Assembly: GCA_043228905.1 (NCBI GenBank) | Contig: JBHGNT010000017.1 | Coordinates: 15,624,001 to 15,688,000, forward strand | Origin: Azolla caroliniana | Taxonomy: Eukaryota > Plantae > Polypodiophyta | Direction: 5' to 3' | DNA: 64,000 bases | Program-made: the position numbers and the translations under genes | Part shown: positions 36,659-49,668 of the stretch, one piece after another | Layout of the letters: each line of letters begins with the position of its first letter | Position numbering within the stretch: position 1 is the first letter of the stretch | The notes under the pieces: generated by a model | What the model was told of the DNA's origin: nothing | The model's database searches: none | The model's input: only the letters and a program-made list of their open reading frames with translations

Positions 36659-39600
36659 ATGGATGGAAGTGAGATAAAAGAGAGATGGGTTCGATTACTG
36701 CAAAAATCATCAGGAGATTTCCCCTTCTATGTCATGGGTTGGTTTACACTCTTAGTTGCTACCATTGTCACATTCCTATATGTGGTGAGCAAATGGAATA
36801 AGAAAGTCTCTATTGATTGGATGAAAGCTGCTGTCCGTGAGAAGCGCCGATCACAAGGGAAGAAATCAAAGTTTTCATCATTTCCGCATACGTGGAGGAC
36901 CAAAGAGATCTACAAAGGGGTACCGTCTTCTTGCTCTATCTGTTTAAATCCTTTGGTTTCTGCTCAATCTAATGGCCAAAAAGCATCAGAAATTGTCATT
37001 GCTGAGTGCATTATATGTGGTGCAGCCGCCCATACGGGTTGCATGAAAAATTCTCATCATGATTGCAAGAATGTAGCAATGGCAGGATCAAAGCTTTTGC
37101 TTCACCATTGGGTTGAGAAATTTGGGGATAAGCTAGAAGATGGGTTAGATGAACCGGCTTCTTGCATGTATTGTGAGGAGTCCTGTAGTAGCTCTTTGTT
37201 TATACCATCGGCAATATGGCGTTGTATGTGGTGTCGTAGACAAATGCATGTTGATTGTTATGACCATTCTTCACAAGTTTCAGAAAATTGTGATCTTGGA
37301 CCTTTGAAGAGGTTGATACTGTCTCCTCTATGTGTGAAAGACAATGGAACAAGAAACTCAGCTACTCGATTCCTTAAGACTCTCACAGAAGGTGCCAATG
37401 AGATTGCTTCTTCTGTAAGAGGGAAAATAAGACAGAGGAGAAAAGGGAAAGGAAGGCAAACTAGTGAAGAAAAACTTGATCAGAAAAATGCTAATGAGGT
37501 ATCAACTACTAATGGCATACATCATAATCCATCTATTGAATCAATGAATCATAGTAGTGGTGAGAGTGATACAGCCGATTCCAACCAACAGATTGTTCCA
37601 ATAAGCTTTGATGATACAGATGAGAATTTTGGTGCTCCGTTTACCAAAGATGAATCTTTTGCTATGAAAACAATTTCTAACAATGGTATGAAGAAGAGCA
37701 AGAGCAAAAGTCACATTTTTGGTTCAGGTTCACAATTGCATGATAAGAGCACCAAAAGCAGGGTTGGGATAGTAGAAGAACCGAGTAAGGATGCCCAAAG
37801 TGAGCAAGGTATTCCGTCTACCAAAGACGAACATATTTCTACAAGGACAAATCCTAGCAATGGTATGAAAAGGAGCAAGAGCAAAAGCCACTTGTTCAGT
37901 TCAGGCTCACAACTAAATGACAAAGGCACCAAAAGCAGTCTTCAGATAGAAGAGGAAGCAATCAAGGATTCCCAAAGAGGACTACCTATGGACATGGATA
38001 ATAAGAATAGTGTAAGACAAAACACAGGATTTAAAAGGTCAAGATATACAATCACGGATCTACCTACTGACAGTAGGCCATTGCTTGTGTTTATTAACAA
38101 ACGAAGTGGGGCTCAACATGGTGTATCTCTGCGAAGGCATTTCAACATGCTTCTAAATCCAGTGCAGGTCAGTCAATATACATATTTTCTTTCATTCACA
38201 ATAAAGCTTTTATTCATACATTCTTGTGCTTGTGGTGGTTGAGTTTTTATGATAGCTTTCCTCATTCTTGGAATATGAAGCATGGGTTAGAAGCTTTCAC
38301 ATTATGACATTTGGAAACCATTTCTTGTTTTTTGTGAGGTAAAAGTTGTTGGTTTGTTAGTGCGTCTCTTTGGCATTCCACATCACAGATCTCGTTATCT
38401 GAAGTGCTTAGACTTGTAGAAGCTAGACATTGATAGTTTCTGACATACTTTTGACATGAACAGTTAGTAAGTGATCCATTTTTAAGACTAATTAATAGTG
38501 AAATCCTTATATAACAATGTGTTAAAATTCACATCTTGCTAGGTTGCTATGCCAATGTTAAGCTTGTGTATATTATAACTCATTGTGTATAGATTTGTAT
38601 GTCATAGCTATTGAAAAGCCCTAAGCAGTGCGTGCAATCAAATATTTATAACATGGTATGGGGGTTTTAACTTTCATTGAAAAGCCCTAAGCAGGTACCA
38701 CATTGGAAAAACATTCTGCATACTTGTACCCTTTTTAAATATTTTAACTCTTCACATTGAAAATGCAACTGAAATTGGGTGAGACGTAGATTGGTTTATG
38801 AAATTGATTGGAATTCCCTGGAACATTAATATAATATTTTCTTTCATTCTCTCTCTCTCTCTCTCACCCTCCCTCTCTCTCTCTCTCTCTATTTGCTCCT
38901 CACCATCAGATAGGCTACTTCTCGTAGATCGCAAATGATCTCCTGTGAATGTTAAAAAGATATCTCTTGTTCATGACTTGAGTAGATGGGCTGGGCGGAA
39001 AGGGGAATGCATCAGAGATGAGAACATGCAGGATTTTAGAGAATATATTTTTAAAAGTATGCATGAATCTTGACTTTAGTCTGGCTTTATTATTCTCTAT
39101 TTATAGATCTTAGGCATAATCTGTAAAGAAAATTTTTACAGTGACTAAGTGACCTATATATATTAACCATATTCTTAATCAGTCAATGTGTAAATAACAA
39201 TACTTCAGGTGTTCGAGTTGAGTGCTACTGAGGGTCCAGAAGTGGGTCTTACTTTTTTCGCAAATGTTCCACAATTTAAAGTGCTTGTTTGTGGAGGTGA
39301 TGGGTCTGTGGGATGGGTCTTGGATGCAATTGAATCACAAGAGTTCGAGTCTCCACCACCTGTAGCCATCCTTCCCATTGGGACAGGAAATGATCTTGCT
39401 AGAGTCTTGTCTTGGGGAGGTGGATATGGTGCAATAGAAAGGCAAGGTGGTCTAGCCTCAGTTCTACAACAAATCGACCATGCTGCCGTTACAATGCTTG
39501 ATCGATGGCATGTTAGTTCTACTTCAACAAAACATTCTTCAAAAAAGTTTATGAACAATTACTTGGGTAAAATGATTATTTACAATCAATCTCTTTCTTA

Positions 39601-41140
39601 TGTGTGTTACTCATTAATTTGCATTGTGAGAACAAAACCCTTGTGTATTTGTTTTGTGCTGTTTTAGGTGTTGGTTGTGATGCGAAAGTGGCATGGGACA
39701 TCCATCTTCTACGTGAAGAAAGCCCTGAAAAATTCTACAACCAGGTTGAAAAAATTAATTTGATTCTCTTAATGAGCCTTTTTTACATTTTCTATTTGCA
39801 CTATCTAATCTCTTCTTTATGACTTTTTTGCAGTTTTTGAATAAAATGCTCTATGCAAGAGAAGGTGCAAAAGATATTCTTGATAGGACCTGCGCTGATC
39901 TACCATGGCGACTTCAATTAACAATTGATGATGTGGAATTGGAAATCTCTGAGGTCTAGCCTCTAAATGAATTTTTTTCTAGACGTTCCAAAAGAAATTT
40001 TGCACTTCTTGCAGAAAATGTTTGCAGAATCTCATAAATATGCATTTAAACTTTTTGAACACTGCAGGATATTCAGGGCATTCTTGTGATAAATATCGGC
40101 AGTTACATGGGAGGCGTGGATTTGTGGCAAAATGAAGAGGAACACGACGATGAGTTTGATTCTCAATCGATGCATGATAAAGTGCTTGAAGTTGTTGGAA
40201 TTTGCGGCACATGGCATCTGGGGAAACTCCAGGTAGGTATACCACTAGTTTAATTTTGCTCTTATATATGACAATGACCAGAACCCATAAATATGATATT
40301 CTCAGTCATTTGTATTCTTCACAGGTTGGCCTTTCACGAGCTCGTAGACTAGGGCAAGGTCAGCATATTAAAATTGTAACCAGGTCCAATTTCCCAGTAC
40401 AAATTGATGGCGAACCTTGGATTCAGCCTCCTGGAACTATGGAGATCACCCATCATAGTCAGGTGTTGTTATCTATCTATATATATAAATATGTGGTTGT
40501 GTGTGTTTTCTAATGAAAATGAGGCAATTATTATCAGAATACCCCCCGATTTCTGAATATTACCATTATACCCCCCCCTGATTTTGATGGGAGTTACCAG
40601 ACTATGCCAATTAAGTGGATTTAAAAACGCTTAGGATAATCTGGTCATTTGAGAAAACAGCCTACTGATATCTTGGTAAAATACAACATTAGGGGTATGT
40701 CACTGTATTTTTCCTTGATATCAGGTGCCTTGCTGAATATAAGAACTCTACTTAAACACAAGGGATATTTTGGTAATTTTGAAAAACAGTGGTGGGATAT
40801 TCTATCAAATTTAAATAGCTGGGGGATATCTGGAGTTGAAAGAAACAAGCATTAGTATGTAATAGTACATATTGTTTTCTGCTTTGTATCAATACATAAA
40901 AGCTGTTAACGAGGAAAAAAAAAACAAAACTTGATTAATAGAGCGTTAAATTATGACTACCCGTGTGTGTGTTTTTGAACTTTGTAGGCTTTTATGCTGA
41001 AAAGACCAGGTGAGGAAGAACCTTTTGGGCATGCAGCAGCAATAATGGGCGAGGTCTTTGAGAATGCAGAATGTTCAGGTCTCATTAGTGCTTCACAAAA
41101 GAGAACTCTTCTACAAGAGATGGCGATCCGGCTTTCATAA
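36659..41140 (+). CDS. DGK1: Diacylglycerol kinase, plant cluster I (DGK1/DGK2-like), about 839 aa, 7 coding exons
   Basis: Exons 36659-38167, 39209-39566, 39668-39744, 39834-39953, 40068-40232, 40325-40462, 40988-41140 with GT-AG and consistent phases (2520 nt); N-terminal TM helix, two C1 domains, [44 protein letters not shown]. Confidence 0.95.
40520..40845. mobile_element. Probable MULE-like MITE in DGK intron 6
   Basis: Left AGAATACCCCCCG...TTACCATTATACCCC is imperfectly inverted to right GGGATATTTTGGTAA...GGGATATTCT; no TSD confirmed. Confidence 0.45.
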
Positions 41141-43691
41141 AAACCAAAAATCCATCTCTATCCATTTCCTTTCTCTTGCGATGTCAATCTTATATATCAA
41201 CTTACCACTCTTTATCGAGCTGTCACACTGTATCGAGCAAATAGTTTCCTTGTTCATAAGAACATACCCGTCAATTTTGGCTCAGACAAACCATCGCAAT
41301 TCAGCTTTTGCTTTTCCTCAGAGGTTTCTGTCAGAAAGTGTTTCCTAAACAAGTTTGTAATGTATATATAACATATACACATAAAGTTGGGGCGATATTA
41401 GTTATTCTTGAGATCCCTGTTTTGCTTGTTCAGTCAGCATTATTGTACCAAAAGTCACAAGTTGTATGATATATACATACACATTTATTTGTGTGTTAGA
41501 CTCTGAAATTTAATATACTTGCATGCTTTGCTTCAGATTCCGTTCATCAAATATGCGTATCTTCAGTTTTTGATATATTTCTCTGGTGATCATGTGAAGT
41601 AATTCCAAGTTTAATGGTGCATTATTATGTATCTTAGCCTACTCACAGAATACATTTATTCCAATAATTAAAAGAAAAAGGAAAAAGAACTCTTAAGGTT
41701 TCCCACCAATTGCTAATTTTGGAAACCCATAGCAATCTGTTATACACCCGTTTTGTTAACATGCGAGAAACCATGGTTCAATTTTCATCTGCAATCTTTC
41801 CTAAGGCTTCTTTTGGCCTCGAGAAATTCGAGAAAACTAGCTTGCATCAATGGCAAAAAAGAGTTAGAACCAAGAATGGTTTTCATCTTCCACTATAGTT
41901 GCAAGGGAAAACATTGTGATACTCACAAGTTTGTCTTTGTTTCTCTAATGGCCCCTACTGTTTCCATGGTATAATAAATTAAATTATGTGTATGTATGGT
42001 AGATGTTTGGATTTACTATTCCATTTCTCTAAAGTAGTTAGTTTTCTATGTTGATATTTGGTATTGATGAAGAACCCAAAGTTTTATGAGCAGATGGCTT
42101 CTTGGCTTGCTTGCTCATCACAACGACTCACTATCAAGAATATACATACTTTATTGACTTAGCAGTATTGTAGAAATATGTGTTGTGATAGAGGAACATC
42201 TCTAAGGAGCATTATGATTAACCACTCCATACATATTATTAACAAGATGCTATTTGGAACTTCCTTAAATTTTGCGGTATGTTAAATAAAGCTTCACATC
42301 ACATAATGCGATGTGATTTCCTTTACATGTGTAATTAATTTTGTCATGTATAATAACTTCGATATATAATGGCATGCATTGCTCATCGACTATGAAGCAT
42401 CCTCCACATTGTGGCTAGTTGTAGACCAAACCCATTTAGCCATCATATCACCTTATTCGATTTGATTGTTGCAACACCATAGGTACCAATGATGACAATT
42501 CCATCATTATTTGAGTTAGAATCTGCAATCAAAAGTTGCAAGGGGCATGCAATTGAATGATGCAGAGAAACAATCGTTATGTAAGGAATGTAACATCATG
42601 TCATAGCGCTAAAAAACATCACCAAAATTGTAATCTATTTGTGGCTTTGAAAGTCTAATTACCAAAAGTCAACACCAGATCTAGTTGATTACATAATCTT
42701 CACAACTTAGACATTTGAACCTAAATCCCAACTCTAAAAAATTGATTTACTAAATTTGCAAGGGTTTGACATTTGTTGCAAAGGAAGAGTTAGTGCTAGC
42801 ATGTAGCGTCATTTGTTGACTTATGAAGAGCAAGTGTGTGCCTAGAAAACAATAAAAAGGGACAATCGATCCCCAAATCTCATTAGTGCATCAAATGGGA
42901 ATCATCTTGTCGAATAAAACTAAAATAAATTTGTTGAGAAGTCTCGTCGAGGTTGGTAAACACGAGAGCTCCACACTATCGTTGGGAATCAGAGGGATAG
43001 TGCTCAATTGATGTAGAATAAAATAAGGCTACTAAAAGTTAGTGAGGTTCAATGTTGTTGAAGTTTACTAGTAACTCGGGAACTCATTGCAAATGTTGGG
43101 ATATTGCTTGATGGATGTAAAATATAAAGGATGGCTTGGCACAAACTGCTATAAATCGTCCCTAATACATATTATGCCACAAAGTAAATAGAATCTACCA
43201 TCAATCGCCTCTCTGTATTAAGGACCTTATTTTTTATTTAGTGTGCAACTTATGCCTTATTTGAAGAGCAAAAGCAAAGTTGTCCTTTTAATGGAGATGG
43301 ATAATGTGAAGTTGATACAAAAGTGAGGACATGAAAGAGAGATAATTGTGTGTATGTGGTAAGTATGAGGAAGGTCTAATAGAGCAAAGAAAGCGAAAAG
43401 TAGGAGTTTGCGGAGAAAACCAATGACGAGTAAGGAAGAATGCAACGAATGGAAAGCAAACACACGGTGCATGTGGCACATTCTAGGTTTTTTTTTTGAA
43501 AAAAAAAATCCATTCGTTAGTGTAAACAATTTACAAATTTCTGATTCCTATATGATCGGTGGATGAAGCAACCATTTTGGAGTGTCATTCTTTGAGGACA
43601 TAAGTGGAGTAGCTTTCAACAAAGTAAGAAACTAATGGCCTTGAACAATCTTATCGTCAGAATCTCCAATAATAAAATCCTATTGACCCAT

Positions 43692-44226
43692 TGTTGAGCG
43701 AGCAAGTTCAACCGGATCCGGATCGGTTGAATAAGCCAGAGCTGGATCGGTATCCGGAACGGAGAACCGGATCGGTGTCCGAATGATATCCGGATCGGAG
43801 AGCCGGATCAGATTGAAACCGATAGGCCATTAGAGGCCTATGGATCCAACCTAGTATGTAGGCATATTTTTGGGAGTTTGTGTCAATTGCTCGTATGAGC
43901 ATTGAAGTACTTGTCAGTAATTTGGTCAATCCTTTATGGACTTGTATAAAACTACTCTCTGAGCACATTCTATGTACAAAATATCAAGAGTATTTTTTTA
44001 ATAGAGTTTACTCTCTCTCTCTCTCTTTTATCGTAATTACCTTACCCTAGTGGTAAGTTGTTAGCATTTATCACTACAAGCACTGCTTTTTGGGTTTGAA
44101 ACCCAACTTCCTCACCTCTCTATTATATACTACTTATATATCTCTTAATTCACTAGATGCCACAGTGGAATGTAGGGGTTGAACCCATGACCACATGGTC
44201 TCCATTGGGCAACCTTAACAACTGAG

Positions 44227-44258
<32 letters not shown>

Positions 44259-44362
44259 TTTGTGTACGCATACTCTTAGTGTGTGTTAAGTCTTCTTCTT
44301 ATCTTCTGCTGCTATCCGGCTAAGCCGGTTTTGTCGAACGCTTCCGCACGTTTACTTTGACA
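43692..44362 (+). repeat. 5' LTR of Copia E, carrying a 200-bp insertion
   Basis: TGTTGAGC...TTGACA; matches 49172-49668 apart from the insert at 44027-44226 and scattered substitutions. Confidence 0.9.
44027..44226. mobile_element. tRNA-related SINE-like insertion (two convergent A/B-box heads) in the (CT)n tract
   Basis: Absent from the 3' LTR; + strand TACCCTAGTGG (44043) and GGTTTGAAACC (44093); - strand AGCTCAGTTGT (44228) and GGTTCAACCCC (44185). Confidence 0.6.
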
Positions 44363-44446
44363 TGCGCGAGGGTTGAGAACCTCTGCAACCGACAGACGCT
44401 TCGAAGACAAACCCTAATACTCGGCAACAACAGACAGAGAACCGAA

Positions 44447-47400
44447 ATGGACAGAGATATGTCAAGTTCGCTTCCCACAGAGAAGCTCGACCGGAGCAAC
44501 TATGCACCCTGGTCATATAAAATGCACCAGTACATGTTGGGGCATGGATATTGGAACTATGTGCAAGGAACCAACGAGGTGGCATCGGAGCCAGCACACA
44601 AGGACTTCCCGGCATGGGAGCAAGGAGCGAGCCGAGTATTGTACTGCCTCGCGTCCGATGTGCACGATCAGATGCTCAGCTACATCAAAGATGCAAAAAC
44701 GCCAAAGGAGGCTTGTGAAAATCTTTGGAAGATTTTCGCCGCTAGTACCATGGCACGGAAATTGCAGCTCCGATAAGAGCTCAACAATATCTGACAGAGG
44801 GATATGTCCGTGACTGAATACACCACCAAGATAAAGGAGATTTGCGACCCTCGAGTCCATCAACGTGACGGTGGACGAATCCGAATGGCGATCTGCACGC
44901 GGGAGAAGCCACCGTCCTTCTTCGACTACGGAGGTGGATAGACCCCGTGGGCGTGGAGGACGAGGTGGGTCGGCACACAATGGAGGCGGCTGGCAAGAGC
45001 ATAACCGAAGGCACAGAGACGATGCCGACAACAATTCCAGACCCTCCACGAGCAGGGGGAGTAAAGTTGGAGACGGAAACCGAACATCGAAGGCCGACAC
45101 GGAATGCCAGCACTGTGGCAAGAAAGGTCACCGAGAAAGCGAGTGCTAGAAGAAGTGCGCCGATTCGGATAAATCTAGATCTGGCAAGGCCGGACAAGGG
45201 AATCGACAAAGCTCGGACTAGGCTGGAGGATCAGAAGGATCCAGAACTGGGAAAACCGGAAAGGGGCCAACCTTTGTGATGAAGCACAAGGCCAACTCGA
45301 TGAAGAAGACCACTTCCGAACCGGAGGAAGTGTGGTACGTTGATTCCAGAGCATCTAATCCTAAACCCTGTTTTTTGAGAAACCGGAACAACCGGGGATT
45401 GTTGAAACAGGAAACGACACCCCTCACCCAATTGTGCATGTCGGAGAAGTCTCTTTAAGCCACGTCGGACAAAAGGGGAAGCTGATGAACGTACTACATG
45501 TTCTGACTATCACAAAGAACCTAGTGTTGGTTGGAAATAATCGTCGACCAGGGGATGCAGGTGCGGTTTACGCACCTCGGGTGCTTCATCAAGGAAGAAG
45601 GCTAGATAATTGCACAAGGACTCAGAGAAGGGAGGATGTTCATCCTCAACACTAATGAGGTCGGCACCGCTATGTTTGCCCAATGATAGAAGATTGAATC
45701 AGACATCGATCTCTGGCATAAGCGGATCGACGGCGTGCTTTAGGACAGAAATAGGTTGTGTTCGGTTTGCCGAAATTCAGTGGCCGGAAGGCCTAAATTT
45801 GTGAAGCCTGCCAGCTCGGGAAGCAACACTGGCTTCCATTCCCCACTGAACGAAACTGGAGCCATAACAAGCTTGACCTAATCCATTCGGATGTATGGGA
45901 ACCGACACAAAACGTTAGTCTTGGCGGGAGTCGATATTTCGTCTCCTTCATCGACGACTAGGGCCGGCACACGTGGATCTACCTCATCGAGAAGAAAAGC
46001 GAAGTCTTCAATTGTTTCCGGAACATTCAAAGCTTAGTTGAACGGGAAACAGAGAGGAAGATAAAGTGCCTGCAGTCGGATGGCGGAAAAGAATACTTTT
46101 CCGGCCAATGCAACTGTTATCTGCAGCAGAACGGAATTCGGGGAGAATATAGTTGCCGATACACACTAGAACAAAATGGTCTGGCCGAGAGAAAGAACCG
46201 GTCGATTGTCAACCTAGCAAGGGCAATGCTAGAGGAGAAGAGCATGCCAAAATTCTACTAGGCTGAGGCGATCCGAACGATTGTCTACATCCAAAACCGG
46301 ATCGGAGACAAGGTGTCTGCACACGAGCTGTATTTCAGGCGCAAGCCTATTCGGTAGCATAGCATATGTGCATGTACCGGATGAGAATAGGAAGAAGCTA
46401 GATCCGAAGTCGGAGAAGTGCATCCTAGTCGGTTACTCGCATGAGCAGAAGGGTTATAAGTGTTATAACCCCCGGACTAAGCAGGTCCGAGTAAGCCGAG
46501 ATGTCGAGTTTGATGAGTCGGCATCACAGTACTCTTTACCGACTCCAACCTCCAACTTCGACCCGATTCCGGAAGATGAGGCTAGTGAACCTGGAGAGGT
46601 TCAAGAAGAAGATGAAGGATTCGGTACTCCAGATGAGAGTCTGATCTCCTTCCAGCTAAGTGGGTTGAATGAGCGACTGAGTTGGGATGACCAGTTGAGT
46701 GAAGAACCGGCGAGTAGTGGAGACTCGGCTGTGCTCTTCCCACGCAAGGAAACAAGGAGATGGTTCATGCGCAAGGAGAAGGGGAAGAAGAAGATGTCGG
46801 AATACGAAACCGGCACCGATGAGTCGGATCGGAGCGAATCCGACTCCGGAAAGGAAGAAGGTGGACCTTTTGAAATGAAGTCTGAACCGGCCAAGAAGGA
46901 ACCGGGTAACGACAAGTCACGCCGGTCATCCCGCCAGAAGAATCCCGTAAAGAGATACGGGTACAATGAGTACATGGTGCATCACTATGCGTACATGACT
47001 AAGGTGGCAGAAGTGCGTGAGCCGGAGAGCTACGCAGAAGCGGCAAAAGACGCATATTGGTGTGCCGCTATGGAAGAAGAAATGCGGGCACTCAATGCCA
47101 ACGACACATGGGACCTGGTTGACCCTCCCCGACAGTGTAAACCAATCGGTTGCAAATGGATGTACAAGGTAAAGTACAACGCCGACTTTCGGTGAACCGG
47201 TACAAGGCATGGTTAGTGGCAAAGGGATACGCACAAACCCACGGAATCGACTATGATGAGACCTTCGCTCCAGTAGCGAAGATGACGACGGTTTGTGTGG
47301 TACTGGTTGTTGATGCAGTAAGGGGATGTCATCTTCACCAAATGGATGTGAAGAATGTGTTTCTTCAAGGTGACCTTGAAGAACGGGTCTATATGATCCA

Positions 47401-49177
47401 ACCCCCCGGTTTCCAATCGGAGATGAACAAGTCGATAGTGTGCCGACTGAAGAAGTCGCTTTACGGTCTGAAGCAAGGCCCCCAATCTTGGAATGCAAAG
47501 ATCACGCACTGATTGCGTAAGATGGGGTTTGTGGCCTCAAAGTCTGACTCTTCACTGTTCATCCAGAACGGTCCGGACGATCCGGTGTGCATCTTGTTGT
47601 ATGTAGATGATTTAGTCATCACCGGACCCGGACTCAATGAAATCGGCAGAGTGAAGTCCCAGCTGTCAAACGTATTTGAGATGAAGGACCTGGGGGACCT
47701 TCACTATTTCCTTGGGATCGAGGTGATTCGGACCCCCGACGGCATATTGCCTTGACAATGCCATTATGTGTTGAATATGTTGTACAAGTTCGGCATGACG
47801 TAATGCCGACCGATCTCTACAACCCTGGACCGGAACCTGAAACTACATCCCGACTCCGGACCGACCTGCGATGAGAAACGGTTCCGCCAAATTGTCAGAA
47901 GCCTTATATACTTGACGATCACCCGACCCGACATCAGTTATCTAGCCGGGGTGATCAGCCAGTTCATGCAGAAGCCGACCGTCGAGCACCTTCAGTGCGC
48001 ACACCGAATACTCTAGTATGTTAGCGGCACGAAAGACCGGGAACTGTTATACCGACTCGGTATAACTACAGAGCTAATCGGATACACCGATGCCAACTGG
48101 GCTGGTGATGCATCGGATCGCCGATCCACCTCCGGTTACATGTTTTCTCTAGGTAGCGCGGCTGTTGCGTGGAGCAGCAAAAAGCAACCAACAGTGGCTA
48201 TGTCAAGCACTGAGGCTAAGTACCGAGGCACTACCAATGCCACCTGTGAAGCCATTTGGCTTCGGCAACTGATGTGTGACCTCTGGATCGAGGTACCGAC
48301 CCCGATCCTGATCTATTGTGACAACATGAGCAACATTTAACTCGCCAAGAACCCTGTATTCCATGCTCGGACCAAGCACATAGAAGTGCATTATCACTTC
48401 GTGCGTGAGCGGGTCCTAAGCGGTGAAGTTGACCTTCGATATGTTCGGACAGATCGACAAATTGCCGATATCTTCACCAAACCACTCGGATCAGACAAGT
48501 TGCAACACTTCACTGAAATGCTCGGTATTCAGCATCTCGACGTACCGCACTTGAGGGGGAGAATAGGAACAGGAACGGATGGCACCGGACAAGGAACCGG
48601 AGAAGGAAGAACCATGACAGGGGGAGATGAGAGGAAAAAGGAAGCTGAGTCGACGAAGGAAGTCGGCACATCCGAACAAGTTGGAGCCAACGGCAGCGGT
48701 GGTAGAGTCAAGAAGGATAGAGCCGACCGGAAGAAGAAGGCCAAGACCCAGACATGGTTTGATGTTGTGAAGGGCCTAAAACTAGAAGACAAGTTGGGAA
48801 CTACTGACTCGGACAAGAGCTGGAACGAATCGGAGACAACCGGTTCAGTTCAACAATGGGATTCAGAAGAGCCGGATCAACTCAAGACTAAGTGGACGAC
48901 AATGCAGCAGAAGTCGACGCCAACACGAAGGAATAGACGAGTTGACAAGCGCCGAAGTCGTAGCAGCAAGGGAGCTGAAATGGGCCTGATGAGCAAACAA
49001 GTCAACCGAGAAGGTCGAGGTGCGCAGAACCGAACGGGTCATAGGAAGCGGAACCGGACCGGGCGAGGAGCGCGAGCAAGGCGGGAGGACGCCATAAGGA
49101 GTTGGACGAAAGAACTGGCTACCACAGAAACTAACACCATGATCCGACCTCAAGTTGAGCTTGAGGGGGAGTGTTGA
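44447..49177 (+). pseudogene. Copia E gag-pol, with many stops, frameshifts and deletions
   Basis: MDRDMSSSLPTEKLDRSNY...; collinear with element C; terminal ORF 48386-49177 ends QVELEGEC*. Confidence 0.9.
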
Positions 49178-49489
49178 GCGAGCAAGCTCAACCGGATCCG
49201 GATCGGCTGAATAAAGTTAGAGCCGGATTGGTATCTAGAACGAAGAACCGGATCGGTGTCTGGATGATATCTGAAACCAAGAGCCGGATTGGATTGAAAC
49301 TGGTAGGCCATTAGAGGCCTACGGATCCAACCTAGTATGTAGGCATATTTTTGGTAGTTAGTGTCAGTTGCTCGTATGAGCATTGAAGTACTTGTCAGTA
49401 CTTCTGCCAGTCCTTTATGTACTTGAATAAAAGTGCTCTTTGAGCACATTCTATGTACAGAATATCAAGAATTTTTTTAATAGAGTTTA

Positions 49490-49568
<79 letters not shown>

Positions 49569-49668
49569 GCTTACGAGTACTCTGTGTGTGTGTTAAGTCT
49601 TCTTCTCATCTTCTGTTGCTATCCGGCTGAGCCGGTTTGTCGAACGCTTCCGCACGTTTACTTTAACA
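49172..49668 (+). repeat. 3' LTR of Copia E
   Basis: Follows PPT; long (CT)n; ends TTTAACA. Confidence 0.92.

Larger units (their letters stand above)
43692..49668 (+). mobile_element. Decayed Ty1/Copia LTR retrotransposon (element E), same family as C
   Basis: LTRs 43692-44362 and 49172-49668; TSD CCCAT/CCCTT; PPT 49161-49171; PBS largely deleted. Confidence 0.93.

Noticed and set aside
38168-38242. End of ORF 36659-38242 as the DGK C-terminus
   Set aside because: Read-through into intron 1; the kinase continues at 39209 after a canonical CAG|GT junction
44040-44230. Functional tRNA genes (also near 59680, 59783 and 60900)
   Set aside because: Only A/B-box-like motifs; no convincing cloverleaf stems by eye; embedded in repeats
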